A DNA stretch of 22,558 nucleotides from Vicugna vicugna (lineage: Eukaryota), in contig MU058636.1 of assembly GCA_013265495.1 (NCBI GenBank), positions 9,418,239 to 9,440,796 on the forward strand, in the 5' to 3' direction. Shown here one piece after another: positions 1 to 12,802 of the stretch (positions are counted from its first letter, which is position 1; every line of letters begins with the position of its first letter). Both the position numbers and the translations under genes were made by a program. The notes under the pieces are model-generated. The model was not told the origin of the DNA. It was given only the letters and a program-made list of their open reading frames with translations, and did no database searches.

Positions 1-117
1 CGGTATTAGGTTGGTTGGTTTGTTTATTTATTTATTTCTAATAGAGGTACTAGGGATTGAACCCAGGACCTCGTGCATGCTGAGCATGCACTCTACCACT
101 GAGCTCTACCCTCTCCC
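1..117 (-). mobile_element. tRNA-derived SINE (camelid Vic-1-like), 3' tail cut by the window edge
   Basis: The minus strand reads GGGAGAGGGTAGAGCTCAGTGGTAGAGTGCATGCTCAGCATGCACGAGGTCCTGGGTTCAATCCCTAGTACCTC, then an A-rich (TAAA)n/(CCAA)n tail. Pol III A box at 96-106 and B box GGTTCAATCC at 54-63. The head is tRNA-Ala-like. Family name is from recall. Confidence 0.9.
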
Positions 118-531
118 AGTCTGGATTTTTATATTAATATTTATGTAGTCTTTGTTTTGTCATCTGCTAGTATTTGCTAACAGTAAAGAGACTGCAGATT
201 CTGAAGATCTGGGAAACATTTGTGGGAGAAAAGTGCAAGTTTGCCAACTGATCAGGCTAAGTGGTGGTTGCAGTGACTGGATTCTGTAGGCAACCATCAG
301 TGGCCTCCCCACTACCTTGCTCCTGTTGTACATTAAGGTCAAAGCAAGTCTCACCGATGACCAATTCTCTAAACTCTCTCCAACTCCATCAAATAGTCAC
401 TCTAACAAGTACCTTCAACACACACTAAACACAACAAATATTCAGACAGTCGGATCAGGGACACCAGGTCGGATCAGATAATATCTTCTATTTAGTGGAA
501 CGGGAGCTAGCGCAGGAGTAGAGTTCTAGAC

Positions 532-739
532 CTGCAAGGACCAATGCAGTAGCCACGAGTGACGTGTAGTATTTAAATTTAAGTTAATAAAATTTCAGTA
601 AAACTACATATCCAATTCTTCGATCCCTCTAGCCACATTTCAAGTGCCTAATAGCCACACGGTGCTGGTGGCTGCCATATTGGACTGTGCAAATACAGAC
701 CATTTTCATAATCACAGTAAGTGCTACTGGAGAAGGTTG
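532..739 (-). mobile_element. MER3-like hAT-Charlie non-autonomous DNA transposon, near full length
   Basis: Diagnostic segments tagccacatttcaagtg, ggtggctgccatattggac and an AT-rich core. Flanked by ttctagac (524-531) and ttctaggt (740-747), which resemble a degenerate 8-bp Charlie TSD centred on CTAG. Confidence 0.85.
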
Positions 740-775
740 TTCTAGGTCTAAGACACCACTTCAAAAGGATGCTGG

Positions 776-1358
776 TGGAGGGGAACAAATTTTGCCACTC
801 CAAAATGTCTCTTTGCCATGTGGGTTAGTTTGAGCTTAAAAACAATAAAGACCCAAAAAATTCGGGAAGGAAGCTTGACCTTCCTCCTAACTGCCTAAAA
901 GAATGTAGATAGAGGGCCTGTTCCAGGAAGAGCTATTACAAGGACATCTGCAAAGAACGTGCATGGGCAGGTGTGGTCGGGGAAGCTCCCCCAGGCAGGG
1001 CTTAAAGATCAGAGTCCACTCTGTGTCTCATTGTTTCTGCAGGTCCCAGCAAACAATTATTTACCAAACATTTGCCTTTCCATCTCCAGGTAAAAATTAC
1101 CTTCCTCTCCTTTGAAGTCCCAAAGGACTAACCCTCAACATTCTCTCTGCCTTTAGCTGAAGATGCTATTTAAAGTGAGTGAGGGTTTTGACGTTTTGTT
1201 GAGTTACTCAGTTTTTCCTGAGGCTTTCCCCTGCACACATGTTATGAGACTTCTGTTTGATTTTTCTCCTCTGACTCTGTTTCATGTCAAGTCAATTTAA
1301 TTCTTAGACAAGCCAGAAGAACCAAGAAGGGTGGAGGAGAATTTCTTCCTCCCCAACA
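776..1358 (+). mobile_element. ERV1-class solo LTR (MER34/MER39-like)
   Basis: TG...CA termini with a perfect 4-bp TSD ctgg (772-775 and 1359-1362). The 5' end tgccactccaaaatgtctctttgccat and the 3' end aatttaattcttagacaagccagaagaacc...ttcctccccaaca resemble MER34-group LTRs. No internal proviral sequence follows. Confidence 0.85.
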
Positions 1359-1389
1359 CTGGGCTGGCCACCTTTTTACACCCTACGCC

Positions 1390-1835
1390 TGATGCTGCTT
1401 GTTAACATCAAAATCATCCTTACTCTTTTAGATTCTCCCTTTCTAGGTGGGGCTAGAAGCCAGGAAACTACATTTCAAAAACTCTCCTGCCAGCAGAAGT
1501 TCTGGCTCATAGTCTGTTGATGAGAAGGTAAAAGGGAGGGATAAACCAAATTCCCATTGGCAGCTGCAGCCAGGGGCATACCTTTCTGCAGAAAGAAGAC
1601 ACGAGATTTGGGGAGTGGCTACCAGGCATCCCGCTGCAGCCTCACCCACTAAGGGCAGATCATCAGCTGTCCTTACTTTTAATCCCTGCACTTCCTGATC
1701 GCCTGAGTTCTTCACTCATCTTCACTTCCCCAGACCTTCTAATAGGTCCATGCAGCTTCAAATCCCTGGACTATATCCCTCCTACTTGAAATACCTAGAG
1801 TGGTCTCTTTTACTGGCCAATCCCTGGCTGGTACA
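1390..1835 (+). mobile_element. ERVL LTR33/LTR16-like old solo LTR (5' boundary approximate)
   Basis: The motif ggctagaagccaggaaactacatttc and the 3' terminus aaatacctagagtggt...ccctggctggtaca match my recollection of LTR33-group consensus ends. Confidence 0.7.
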
Positions 1836-4359
1836 TGCCCTAGTTGTACAAGGGCCGAGAGGCTGGTATAAATCTATCTGTCCATTACTTAAACATGATC
1901 CATTTTCTCAATTAAAAATGATCTCTAATACAACTTATGCTAATGATTAAAACTTGGGGTTAGTATAGATAATGATATTGAAAGGCTTTGTGTTAACTGC
2001 CTTTGTAGTGTGGTCTCTGGTTAGGGAACTTAGGCTAATTAACCTCTTCTGGAGTGTGGATTTCAGAAGCAATTACTTCAAATGTTAACTAACTGCCCTT
2101 ATACAGGAATCAATTTTATAGGACACTGTCGTCTATACTGAAGTCAACTTAGAGACAGTTAAACATAAAAGTGAGAACATCTTTTTAACGGAAGAAACCT
2201 GCCATTGTTCAGCTTTAGCAGTTGTTAAACCTTAGACCATGTTGTGGAAATCAATGTTTGATGGCAACAGAGCTGCAAAATCCCTGAATTAGGTACGACG
2301 AAGATATTACACAGTACGCTGAAATGAGGCTCAGGGAATATTCTGGAATGCAAAGGGGCTGCCCAACTGAAATCTTAGTGACCTAATGAGTTTTTAGAGC
2401 TCTCGCTGACTAATTTGCTCCTGGGGAGTAAATGGTTTACTTCAAATCTCTGGCTCACAAACTTTTATATTATTTACATAGATTTTCTTTATTAGATTTA
2501 TAAACATTGTGGTTACCTCACGGGGCTTAATTATGTGGTATTGGAACCAAATTCCTGTTTCACTGCCGTGACAGACATGATGAAAAAAAGTCACACATTT
2601 TGAACATCGGTGGGGAAAGGCGTGCAAGTGAGGAAACCCGCTGTGAAGCAGGAACAACCTGAGGAAGGTGGTAACAGAGGTGGGGTGACTGGAGGCGGTG
2701 TGAGATCACTGACAGCTACCGCTCACTGGCAATTAAGAAGCAATCTATTTTTGCAATCCTAAAGACTCTGCAACTTTTAAGGGGTCATGAATAAACCACA
2801 AACTAGTGTAAATTAGTTCAGTCCTCCGTTTTCACCGCGCACCTAGCTGGAATCAGTTACCGGGGTGCCACAGACCAGGAGGAAGAGGTCTTTTTGCAGA
2901 GGTCTTACAGATTTAGGGAGATGCTACCTCCTAAAAAGAAAAAAATAATAAGCCAAACCAATGACTCAACAGTTCTCAAATTAAAAAATAATTTTTGAAT
3001 AATGCACTGTCTATTAGGTCATTTCAGCCTGAGTACCCTGGGGTTTTGGCCTCACCTTGTTCAAGATAATTAAAATATCTGAAGAGCCAGCTCAGTGGAA
3101 TGACCTCCAAGGCTGAGAAGCCTTAATGGAGAAGAGACAGCCCAGAAAAATGCAAAAAGGTAGTCCCTGGGGGCTGTGTTGTGATGCTATGTTATGAAAG
3201 GGTCTGCCCTTCACCCCAAATGCACCTAAATCTTAGCCTGGACACACTCTGCCTGCACGTATACCCCCGTCAGGAGAGAGTCCCAGTGGAAATGCTCTTC
3301 CTTTTTGAACAATGCTGGAAACACCCGCCATGATACTAATTATTTTTTAGAACTTAAGTGTGAAGTCTGAAGTTCGGTCAGAGCTCAAAGTAAGAACCGA
3401 TGCTGGGAATCTTCCCTGCTGCAAAACCATTTTCTATTCAAAGTCAGTACTTAACACTTAGCCAGCGGAATATTAACATAACAATCCGGCTCCTGCCAAG
3501 AAGGCAAAACAAACCTCCAGTCAGCCAATGCCAATTACGCGCCACAGGTGGTAGGAACAGTCCTCATGTTAAACTCAAAAGTCTTATTTTTTCCAGGCCA
3601 CTCTTGAAGGTTTTTATGTGATCTCACTTTCTTTCCATGACTATGGCTCCCTTCTTTCCACAGTTTATTATTTTTTTAAATAGTCTGACTTTTTTCCACC
3701 TAGCGCCCTTTTAGTGGTCACACAAGGGTTTCCCATCAATTCATCTTTTATGTTTTCTGGGGATACTTTGATCCGTCCTCCAGTTCCTTTATCTTGGTTT
3801 CTGGGGCAAGCACCAAGGGAAATTGTTTTCTTCCCTTTTCTCATGAAAGCTGCTCGGTCTTGTAGCCTGTTATCTGGACCTTTCTTTGGAAGAGGTTGGC
3901 GTGTTCCCCTCGCCGTCTCCTTATGCTAATTTACATACAAGATAGTCCTCCATTTTCAGGCCGTGATAACTGCCCCTTTACAAAATGTAACGGCAAACTA
4001 AATCCACTGGTAGGGAGGGGACGAGAGCAAGGGCCAGTTTCAAACTCTTCAGACTTTGAACACACAATGAGGAAGAAATACTTAAGTATTCTAGAAGGAA
4101 GAGGCTTGGTTGGGCACTCGTAAGCCACATCTCCTTTCAAAGTGCTTTCTGGAAACTGAGGCACAGAGGATGGAGGAGGCATGTCTGGGAACACAGAGCC
4201 CAAACCACCCCCAGGTCCCGGTTCAGGGCTCTCCACCTGTGCTTGTCCCAGTGCTTGGACATAAGTCCCCTCCAGGTCACACACTCCCTGCCCACAACCT
4301 GAGTTCAGGACACACGTGTGTTGAATCTGATCAACACTGTGTTACACTCAGTGGGATTT

Positions 4360-4850
4360 TTCACCTGCAACTCCAGATTTCTTGGCTCTCTTGGATAACT
4401 GAAAGATATACCCATACTGAGCCTGCAGCCAGCTGGCTAGAGCCGGGTCCCACTAAATGGTTCAGGTACCCTGGCCAGTCTCAAAGGCATTTTTGACTAG
4501 GGAATCAATCACAGATTCTTTGAACGTATCTTGAATTTTCTCATCTCTGAAAGCTGAATCCCTTCTCTCTGAGACACTTTCACTCCTTACCTGTGCACAG
4601 GCTCCAAGAACATACTAGCTGTTAAAGTCTAGAAACCTGAACATGCAGCTTGAACTGGCCGGGTGTTCCTCATCCCTGTGGGCTCCCACCGGGACCCACT
4701 CTGTACCATTTATTTGGGCTTCCCACCTTGCACTGCAGTATAACATAAAATGTAACATAAGCATCACATCTCCTGGAAGCACAGGGTCTCTACTGTAAGT
4801 TTACTTGCATCCAACTCACTGCTTCATGCTATTGGTTAAATATTAAATAG
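4360..4850 (+). mobile_element. highly degraded L2 fragments (boundaries approximate)
   Basis: Scattered L2-like motifs (aactccagat...ttggat; agtctagaaacctg; terminal aaatattaaatagttg). Similarity is weak. Confidence 0.3.
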
Positions 4851-4944
4851 TTGCGACACTATTTACTCAACACTTAAAAAAGCTCCGGACTAATTATATA
4901 ATCGTTAGCTAATAGCTAATATAAAATATATAACTGCCTTCATG

Positions 4945-5060
4945 GAGCAGAGGAGGAAGGTGAAACTCAGAGAAGCAAGAGTGTACTCACGGAGTTACTA
5001 AGTGGTAGATCCAGGGACTTACTTCCAAGCCAATTGGAGCCAATTCTCTGAACCTCTACC
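4945..5060 (-). mobile_element. MIR fragment
   Basis: gaggaaggtgaaactcagaga...ctaagtggtagatccaggga...ctctgaacctctac follows the order of antisense MIR core motifs. Confidence 0.5.
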
Positions 5061-5876
5061 TTCTAGCGCCCCCCTCAAATCCCAAAGTGTTCCCAGTCCC
5101 GGCTCTGACCTGACTTCCTATGTTCATACGTGTATGGAACCCTGTGTATAAATGGAGAAGTAGGAATGGGGCAGGAGAGAGATTTCAAGTCACCATTTCT
5201 CTGTGATTGACTCTGCTTTGGTGACCAGGAACACTTCTACTGCTGCCTAGTTCCAGAGACAAGGGATGGGCTCCTGGGAACCCTACAGATTCCCCCTCCT
5301 CTGCATGCCAGTGAGGGAGCAGCTGGATGTGAATTCTAGCACACAGAGTTCTGCCCACAAAGAGCATAGGGAGACATGAAGATGAAAAACGATTTCCTCG
5401 TCATCAGAAACCGAGCCAAGGAGAAAGCATATCTCATCACAACGTTAAAACATAACATAGAAACAAAACTACTTCTGAACTATCAGAAATACTTTTATAA
5501 ATCACAATAAGACGATTTCTTTGCTGAAACCATCCTGCAGAAGAGAACATACTTTAGGTTTTCTTAAAATATTTTCAGGAATGGCTCCTTGATTCTCATT
5601 TCTTCTCCTTTTCCAGTTTCTCCAGCATAAGACACAAAAGACACACGCAGGGTCGGGCACCAGAATATTCACTGGCTCCTCAGCTCAGAGAGAAACTTCA
5701 CAAGCTAATCTCAGCCATGACTGACTTGTCTTTGCTCTTTCTAGAGTCCTAGGCAACAAGCACTGACAGAAACAAATAAAGTTGTTTCAAACAATGAAAC
5801 TTTGGGGGAGATGTCACTTCTTTGGGACAGTTTTCTGGTAAATTACATCTGATTGAAAGCAACATCTTTGTAACCC

Positions 5877-6020
5877 TGGTAGTTAAGAGCACCTCAGTTC
5901 CACTGTTTCAACACTTTAGGTCTCTGTTTTCCTTATCTGTAGAATGGGGGGAAGCCTCCCTCTCGGGGTTATTGCAAGGATCGCAGGCTAGAGTGCCTGC
6001 AAGCAAGTGGGCTCAGTATT
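5877..6020 (+). mobile_element. MIR fragment
   Basis: tggtagttaagagcac (MIR 5' part), tctctgttttccttatctgtagaatgggg (MIR core), ggggttattgcaaggat. Confidence 0.7.
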
Positions 6021-7417
6021 CCCAACCATTCCATGAATGGTTTCTACCGCTGAGCTTTGGACTTTGCGGGGCATGTAGGGAAGGGTGGTGGATTCGGTTC
6101 CAGACCACTTGTGTTTGCACTTCTCTCAGAGAAGGTCTTCTTAGGCGGAACGCAGGGAGGACTCCAGCAAGGCTATTCCGGGAACCGTGAGCAATGAGCA
6201 CTTGCCCCAGCAGTCACATTAGCCACGCAAACCTCAGTAAGCACGGATGGAGCAGCCGCCGCCTGCGGACCTCACCCTTAGGTAGGTGATCCACACACGG
6301 CTACAAAGATAATAATACTCTTGTCTGTTCTGCCATTTTTTTTTCTTTTTACATTTAATGGCACTGCGATCTTTCTGTGAGGCAGGTGGAGCCAGAAGTG
6401 ATGTCCCCAGTTGGCTGGGACGGAGTCACAAACAAGAGGGGAGATCTGAGTGTCACCAAGGGGATAACCAGAGGCAGATCCGGGGCAAACTCAGCTTTCC
6501 TGTGATAGAAGTTTCATTTAAAACACCCGTTTCAGTTCGAACATAACAAGATTTAGGAGGAAGAGCAAAACCTCTCTCCCCTCTAGTGTCCTTAACCAAT
6601 ACATCAAGTGCCCAAGACTGGAGGGGTTCTGTGTTTCCCAGCCCTGGTCACTCATTTCTACTGGACTTAACAAAAAAGCCTCAGGGTCAAGACGTGACTT
6701 ATCTTCTTAGTTATTTCTAAGGCCCTTAAGTATGTGAATCAGGGACCCCTTGACAACACTAAAGTAAGATGCCAGGCACATTTTTTTTTTTTTAAGTAGG
6801 AAACTCTACATGCGATGGCGTGAATGGTTAGCGAAAGGCTTTCTGCAAGCTGACATCGAGGAGACCCCTGGGCAGCCTGCAGCCTGCCCCAGCGAGCCTC
6901 CGGACGCCTCGAAGCTGCAGCAAATGGGAAGAGTGCTTAAAATACTTTTGAAAATGTAACGCAGAGGCTGCCAAACCAAGATCCTGTGTAGTAATGAACA
7001 CAAGCCTATCGTGCACTCGTCCGCCACTTTTCCTCGAAGTTCTAGATATTCTTTTTATTAGACATCTTTTTTTAAATAAAAAAAAACTTTAATTGAAGTA
7101 CAGATTTCTATACAAAAAAAATGAAAGCATGAGGTTGCCTGGATTTTATCTGGACCAATTACCATAGCAGAAGCGAGACTTAAATCTAGGTCTTTACAGC
7201 TGATTCTGAAGCCATAGTGAGAACCAAACATCACACAGGCTTCACACACTTGGCCACAACGTCATGCGGCGATTCAGAGCACAGCCTTGGAAGTCTGCCC
7301 ACGTTCTCTTCTGGCTTTGGGGTCCTGGGTAACTTTCTTGCCTTTGTCTAGGACATGTTTCCTCGGCAGTAAACAGGAGTAAAAGCCACATTACAGAGCT
7401 GCTGTAGGGACTGTTTT

Positions 7418-7582
7418 ACACACACATGCATGCACACATATACAAACATGCCACGCATATGCATGTGAATGCACACGTACACATGTACACAAGTCCTACA
7501 ATTATATACAGCTGATATTAGTATTGAGCATAACATGTATGAATTATACATGCATATATATATAGATAGATAGATAGATAGA
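7418..7582. repeat. degenerate (CA)/RY tract followed by (TA)n and (TAGA)5 microsatellite
   Basis: acacacacatgcatgcacacatatac... at 7418-7490; atatatatata at 7554-7564; (taga)5 at 7563-7582. Confidence 0.85.
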
Positions 7583-8344
7583 CTAGAATTATATAAGACA
7601 TTTGTAACAGATTTCACCTAACTTCTAGTTTAGGATATATATTCTTTCCCCTACTTACATACTTCTAAGGCACATTTTTCACCACTGAAAAATTAGAGAG
7701 CATGAACATACCATAACGTCACTGATGGGTGCCATTAATGAGGTGGTACAGGTGGTTAACGTACTTAAAACAGGCATTTTCTTTTAAGAATTTTTTTTCC
7801 TTCATCCACTTTCTGGGACATTAGGAAAGAAAAACCTCATCTATTTTCTTCAGTTCTTTTTAAAATACCATCAATCCCTCTAAAAAACAGCAAAGCCATC
7901 TGGAATAGCTGACAGACAACAATTTGGAAGCAATTTCTTTCAAGACAGCTCTAACGATTTTCCTTTTCTGTTTTCTTTTCCCTCTTGAAATGTCAAGGAT
8001 AACTGAAACTTTTTACTTTTCCATCTGTGATTTACTGATCAGTCCCAGACAAGTTTTGAAAGTACTCGAGAATTTGTTTCCAGTCAGTCCAATATGTTTT
8101 TTCTTTAATTTTAATTCAATTTTTAAAGTTCTATACTTTGTCACAAGTTTTTTTTATATTTAAAGATATAAAATACTTAAAAACATACATTGAAATGTGA
8201 TTACAAAGTCTTTTCACAATGAGGAAAAATTACTGTAAGTATTTAAAATACTATCGTAAGCAGTCATGATGAAATCACTGGTATCATTTTCAAATAGATT
8301 ATCCTAAGAAGTATATTAAAATAAATGGAAAAAAACACAAAATG

Positions 8345-9433
8345 CAAAGCATTACTGAAGAGAAAGAAAGAGGCTGGAGGAATAACTCTCCCAGACTTCA
8401 GACAACACTACAGAGCTACAGTCATCAAGACAGCATGGTGTTGGTACAAAAACAGACATATAGACCAACGGAACAGAATAGAGTGCCCAGAAATGAACCC
8501 ACAAACTTTGGGTCAACTCATCTAAAGGTGGCAAGAATATACGATGGAATAAAGACAGCCTCTTCAGCAAATGGTGTTGGGAAAACTGGACAGCAGCATG
8601 TAAGTCAATGAAGCTAGAACACTCCCTTACACCATACACAAAAATCAACTCAAGGTGGATCAAAGACTTAGACGTAAGACCAAATACAATAAACCTCCTA
8701 GAAGAAAATACAAGGGAAACATTATCTGTCATACATCTCAAAAATGTTCTCCTAGAACAGTCTACCCAAGCAATAGAAATAAAAGCAAGAATAAACAAAT
8801 GGGACCTAATTAAACTTACAAGCTTCTGCAGAGCAAAGGAAACCAGAAATAAAACAAGAAGAAAACCTACGGAATGGGAGAAAATTTTTGCAAATGAAAC
8901 CAACAAAGGCTTGATCTCCAGAATATATAAGCAGCTCATATGACTTTATAAGAAAAAAACAAACAACCCAATCCAAAAATGGACAGAAGACCTAAACAAG
9001 CAATTCTCCAAGGAAGACATACAAATGATCAATAGGCACATGAAAAAATGTTCCGTATCACTAATTATCAGAGAAATGCAAATCAAAACTACAATCAGGT
9101 ATCACCTCACACCAGTCAGAATGGCCATCATTCAAAAATCCACAAATGACAAATGCTGGAGAGGCTGTGGAGGAAAGGGAACCCTCCTACACTGCTGGTG
9201 GGAATGCAGTTTGAAGCCACTGTGAAAAACAGTATGGAGATTCCTCAAAAGACTAGGAATAGACTTACCATATGACCCAGGAATCCCACTCCTGGGCATA
9301 TATCCAGAAGGAACCCTACTTCAGGATGACACCTGCACCCCAATGTTCATAGCAGCACTATTTACAATAGCCAAGACATGGAAACAGCCTAAATGTCCAT
9401 CAACAGATGACTGGATAAAGAAGAGGTTGTATA
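8345..9433 (+). pseudogene. disrupted L1 ORF2 C-terminal fragment including the CCHC zinc knuckle
   Basis: Split by frameshifts and stops (TAA 8523-8525, TGA 8941-8943, TGA 9223-9225). The C-x3-C-x7-H-x4-C motif [18 protein letters not shown] is retained at about 9154-9207. Confidence 0.9.
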
Positions 9434-9723
9434 ATAAATACAAAACAGAAATAGACTCATAGACAGAGAATACAAACTTGTGGTTGCCAAGGGGGCGGAG
9501 GGTAGGAAGGGATAGATGGAATTTCGAAATTGTAAAATAGATAAACAAGATTATACTATATCACACAGGGAAATATACAGAAGATCTTATGGTAGTTCAC
9601 GGAGGGAAAAATGTGACAATGAATATATATATGTTCATGCATAACTGAAACATTGTGCTCTACACTGGAATTTGACACAATATTGTAAAATGATTATAAA
9701 TCAATAAAAAATGTTAAAAAAAA
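8345..9723 (+). mobile_element. 5'-truncated LINE-1 (ORF2 C-terminal region, 3'UTR, A-tail)
   Basis: Translated pieces [66 protein letters not shown] and [19 protein letters not shown] are typical L1 ORF2p. G-rich 3'UTR at 9491-9511, AATAAA at 9703-9708, then an A-tail. Possible degenerate TSD cacaaaatg (8336-8344) and cacaaaacg (9727-9735). Confidence 0.97.
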
Positions 9724-10764
9724 CCCCACAAAACGGATAAATGTTGCATCTCACATCGCAGAATTAGCAGAAAGCAGAGTCAGGAATTCTCATTCTTAGC
9801 CTGCTGATACCTGATTATGAATTTTACACACAGACTTTAAAACTGAACACCAGATATATCCCCGGGGCACACTGAGATATATTTAGGAATATATTTATAT
9901 ACAGTGTATATATATACATTTTTGGTAGAGAAAACAATACTAACTGATCTTTGCTTCATTAATTGAGCTGGTGGGCTTTGGGTTTTTTGCAAAGCCTGGT
10001 GCTTACACGGTGGAGGAATGAAAAAACTGAAGAAGGTTCATTCCTTCTAGCATCTGAGAGGAAGAAAAGTAACACAGAAATAGTATTTCAAGCTTGTACT
10101 TGTGTGATATTAGCAGCAAAACCAACAGTTACCATAGAAATTGGTTAATTTTCTGCTGGAAACGAGAAGGTGGCCCTGGAAGGATGAATGGGGTCCTGAT
10201 GAGCCAATGAAGTCCTCCCAGGTGGAGAAAAGAGGCCTGGAGATGGGCACGTACAAGGCAGGCTGGAGGAAAGTGAAAGGGACGAAGTAGGGGACCAAGG
10301 AGCAGAGGAGAGTCGTGGCCAAGTGGTTGGGATGGTCAGTGACCCTGGAGAAGATTGTTAACTCTGGGTCAAGGAAGGTGGTCTTTATTCAGTGGGCAAA
10401 GGGACCCTAATGTTTGTGAACTGGGTTCTCAAATGTAAGAGTTGAAAGGGACCCTCAGGATGATCCAGTTTAGTGCTTCTCGAAATCTGCCATCAAAATA
10501 TTCCCCAAGAGGAAGAGGAGTGAATTTCACACCTTACAGAGCTGGGGTCCTGCCTGGGTCAGTCCTCCTCTGGAACGAGTCTGCCTTACTTCGCCTTGAG
10601 AAATTATTTTGGGATTTTCCATTCTGCTCCACAGATAGCTTTACTCTTTTGTATAAAAATACTTTCTCCATAATGGAGTTGGAGTACAATGGATGTTCCA
10701 GTAAGATATTTGGGGTTCATCCTGTGGCTTCACCTATGTGTAGCACCCTTTCCTCTTTTGGTAT

Positions 10765-10910
10765 GTAGTATGAAGAGCTCAGTCTTAGAAGAACGAATCT
10801 ATGAATCCAAGCTCCAGCTCAAAAAGATGAAGGGACAGTAAAGGAATCAGAAATGAAATGCTCAAAGTCACAGCTAGTAAAGGACTCGGAAGTGGAGCAT
10901 CCCCTGTCCC
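10765..10910. mobile_element. MIR fragments (degraded)
   Basis: gtagtatgaagagctcag...tgaatccaagctc (sense head-like) and tgctcaaagtcacagctagtaa (antisense core-like). Confidence 0.45.
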
Positions 10911-12176
10911 TCTGTCCAAAGCTATCTCTGCAACACCATGCTGTCACACAGAGAAGAAAGTACCTGGGCTGCCACCTGGGCACAGGGCACAACACATTCC
11001 ACAAGGCTCAGAGGTGGCCCACTGCTACCCAACGAGTGAGACTCGGGCTTCCCCAGTTGGTCCCATGGACCCCATCACGCCCTACCGTGCCAGCCGCAGC
11101 TCCCCACAAGCCTGCAAACAGAACGGTCTCCAGGATGTGAAAGGCGTGGCTTAGATCAGCTTCCTCCAAGGGAACTATCCCCAGCATCGAAATGTCTAGC
11201 TTATTTAAGGCGGGAGAACAGAGCCTCAGATAAATGCCTCCTTTCCCGAGCAGAACTGAGTAGCTGCTCGTCAAAGGCTGTCAAGCATGATTTGTATGAC
11301 CCAGGGCTTCATGGGAGGCATAAAAAGAAAGATGACAACATCATGTTTATCTCCCTCTCATTGCTGGTTCTGGCAATAGTATTACAGTCAGGCAGGCTGA
11401 GTCCAAACAATTTTCTAAAAATATGGATCAGCTGAGACCACTGAAAGCCTCCTTTTATGGAGTTAATGTGAGCTCTTTCCCCTTGGGCTGTTTTGTGTAT
11501 TCTTCCCAGAGCCTGCTCCTTCCGCAGCATCCAGCCATCTGAAATACACAGTTCTTTCTCCTTGCCAGGGGGATCACAGCCTCCCAGACTGATAAGCAAG
11601 TCTGCATTCTTCCCAGGAGCCTGGGTAGCTATTCCGGAGGGCTGCATCGTTCAGGGTGGGTTGTGGTATGAGCCTCATCAGTTTCTGGTGAGGGGTAATT
11701 GGTTTTGCTGGTGGAGCTGGTGCTGCCTGGCAGGTGGGACTGCCAGGGAATCTGTCTGTTCCAATCCTTCCGAGGATGAGTTTCCACTTTCCCAATTTGT
11801 CTTAGAGGAGAGAGTTCAATTCTAGAGGGCAAACTGAATGCCACAATGTTATACGGATGTTCAAATTTAGGGGGAAAGAAAATCAACCCTTCATCTGTAT
11901 TAAGCTTCTCACCTGACTCTGTTTGAAGGGTGGCTGGTGACAAGGCTAAGGTGACACTGGAGGACATTTGCTTTCAGTATAGATTTCCTTTCATTTCTCT
12001 TAAAACCAATAAACGAAGGCAATGCAATTGCTTTCAAATAAGCTCTAAAAACAGACTATTTTCAGAATGTATGCTCCTTAAAGCTGCCTGCTATAAAGGA
12101 ATGGGATTGTACTTGAGAAAGGAACCCAATGCAAATCCAGTTCCACAGCTTTTCTTCCTGTGCCCCTCGAAGCCCT

Positions 12177-12192
12177 GGGGCGGGGCGGGGGG
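12177..12192 (+). promoter_or_regulatory. tandem GC boxes (Sp/KLF consensus)
   Basis: GGGGCGGGGCGGGGGG seen directly. There is no surrounding CpG island, so function is unproven. Confidence 0.25.
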
Positions 12193-12367
12193 CTCTCTGT
12201 GGTTTCTAAAGAGCAAGTGCACAGGTGGGAAGCGGTGAGGAGTCCTGGAGAGGTGGAGAGCCTAGAGTCCCCGGGCTCTGACCTGAGCTCATACCGGGCT
12301 TTTTTGTGGTATTTTATAAGAGGGAAAGGTTCAGCTCCTTAATATTTTTGAAACTCCCCTAACCAGG

Positions 12368-12802
12368 TGTTATGGATTGAATTATGTCCCCCCATTCCAC
12401 AGAGAGATGTGTTGAGGTCCTAATCCTCAGGACCTCAAAATGTGAGGTAATAAATTAAGATGAGGTCATCCTGGAGTACAGGGTGCCCCTAATCCAATAA
12501 CACTGGTATCCTTATAAGAAGACGGCCATGTGAAGACACCCAGACACAGAGGGAAGACGGCCACTTGAAGATGGCAGCTGAGTCTGGAGTGATGCTGTCA
12601 GGAGCCAAGAAACGCCTGGCGCCATCTGAAGCTACGATGAGGAAAGGAAGAACTCTTCTGTAGAACCTTTAGAGGGGGCATAACCCAGCCGACACCTGAT
12701 TCCAGACCTTCAGCTTCCAGAACTTCAGCAGAATGAACTTCTCTTGTTTTAAGCCACCCAGCTTGTGGTGCTTCTTCACAGCAGCCTCAGGAAACCGATA
12801 CA
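12368..12802 (+). mobile_element. ERVL-MaLR solo LTR (MLT1B/MLT1C-like)
   Basis: Starts tgttatggattgaattatgtcccc, contains ttaagatgaggtcat, ccctaatccaat and agaagacggccatgtgaagac, and ends ttgttttaagccacccag...gcagcctcaggaaaccgataca. Flanks ccagg and cctga resemble a decayed 5-bp TSD. Confidence 0.92.

Noticed and set aside
45..117. Apparent tRNA-Ala(AGC) gene on the minus strand, with a perfect palindrome gtgcatgct-g-agcatgcac (73-91)
   Set aside because: It is the head of a SINE: an A-rich simple-repeat tail follows, the A box is altered, and the anticodon loop lacks the invariant U33.
449..477. 10-bp direct repeat gtcggatcag (449-458, 468-477)
   Set aside because: Only two short copies, consistent with local slippage. 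It is not an array.
7640..7800. Possible Tc1/mariner-type (Tc2/Kanga-like) relic
   Set aside because: Similarity is limited to a short ttctaaggcacattttt motif, and I cannot define boundaries or TIRs.
8352..8939. 195-aa hydrophobic minus-strand ORF
   Set aside because: It is the antisense shadow of A-rich L1 ORF2, a common spurious ORF.
11629..11822. Possible terminal exon on the minus strand (ttgccctctag|...IELSPLRQIGKVETHPRKDW...)
   Set aside because: The peptide is unrecognised, it is not in frame with the upstream 48-nt candidate, and ORFs overlap here in several frames, consistent with chance.
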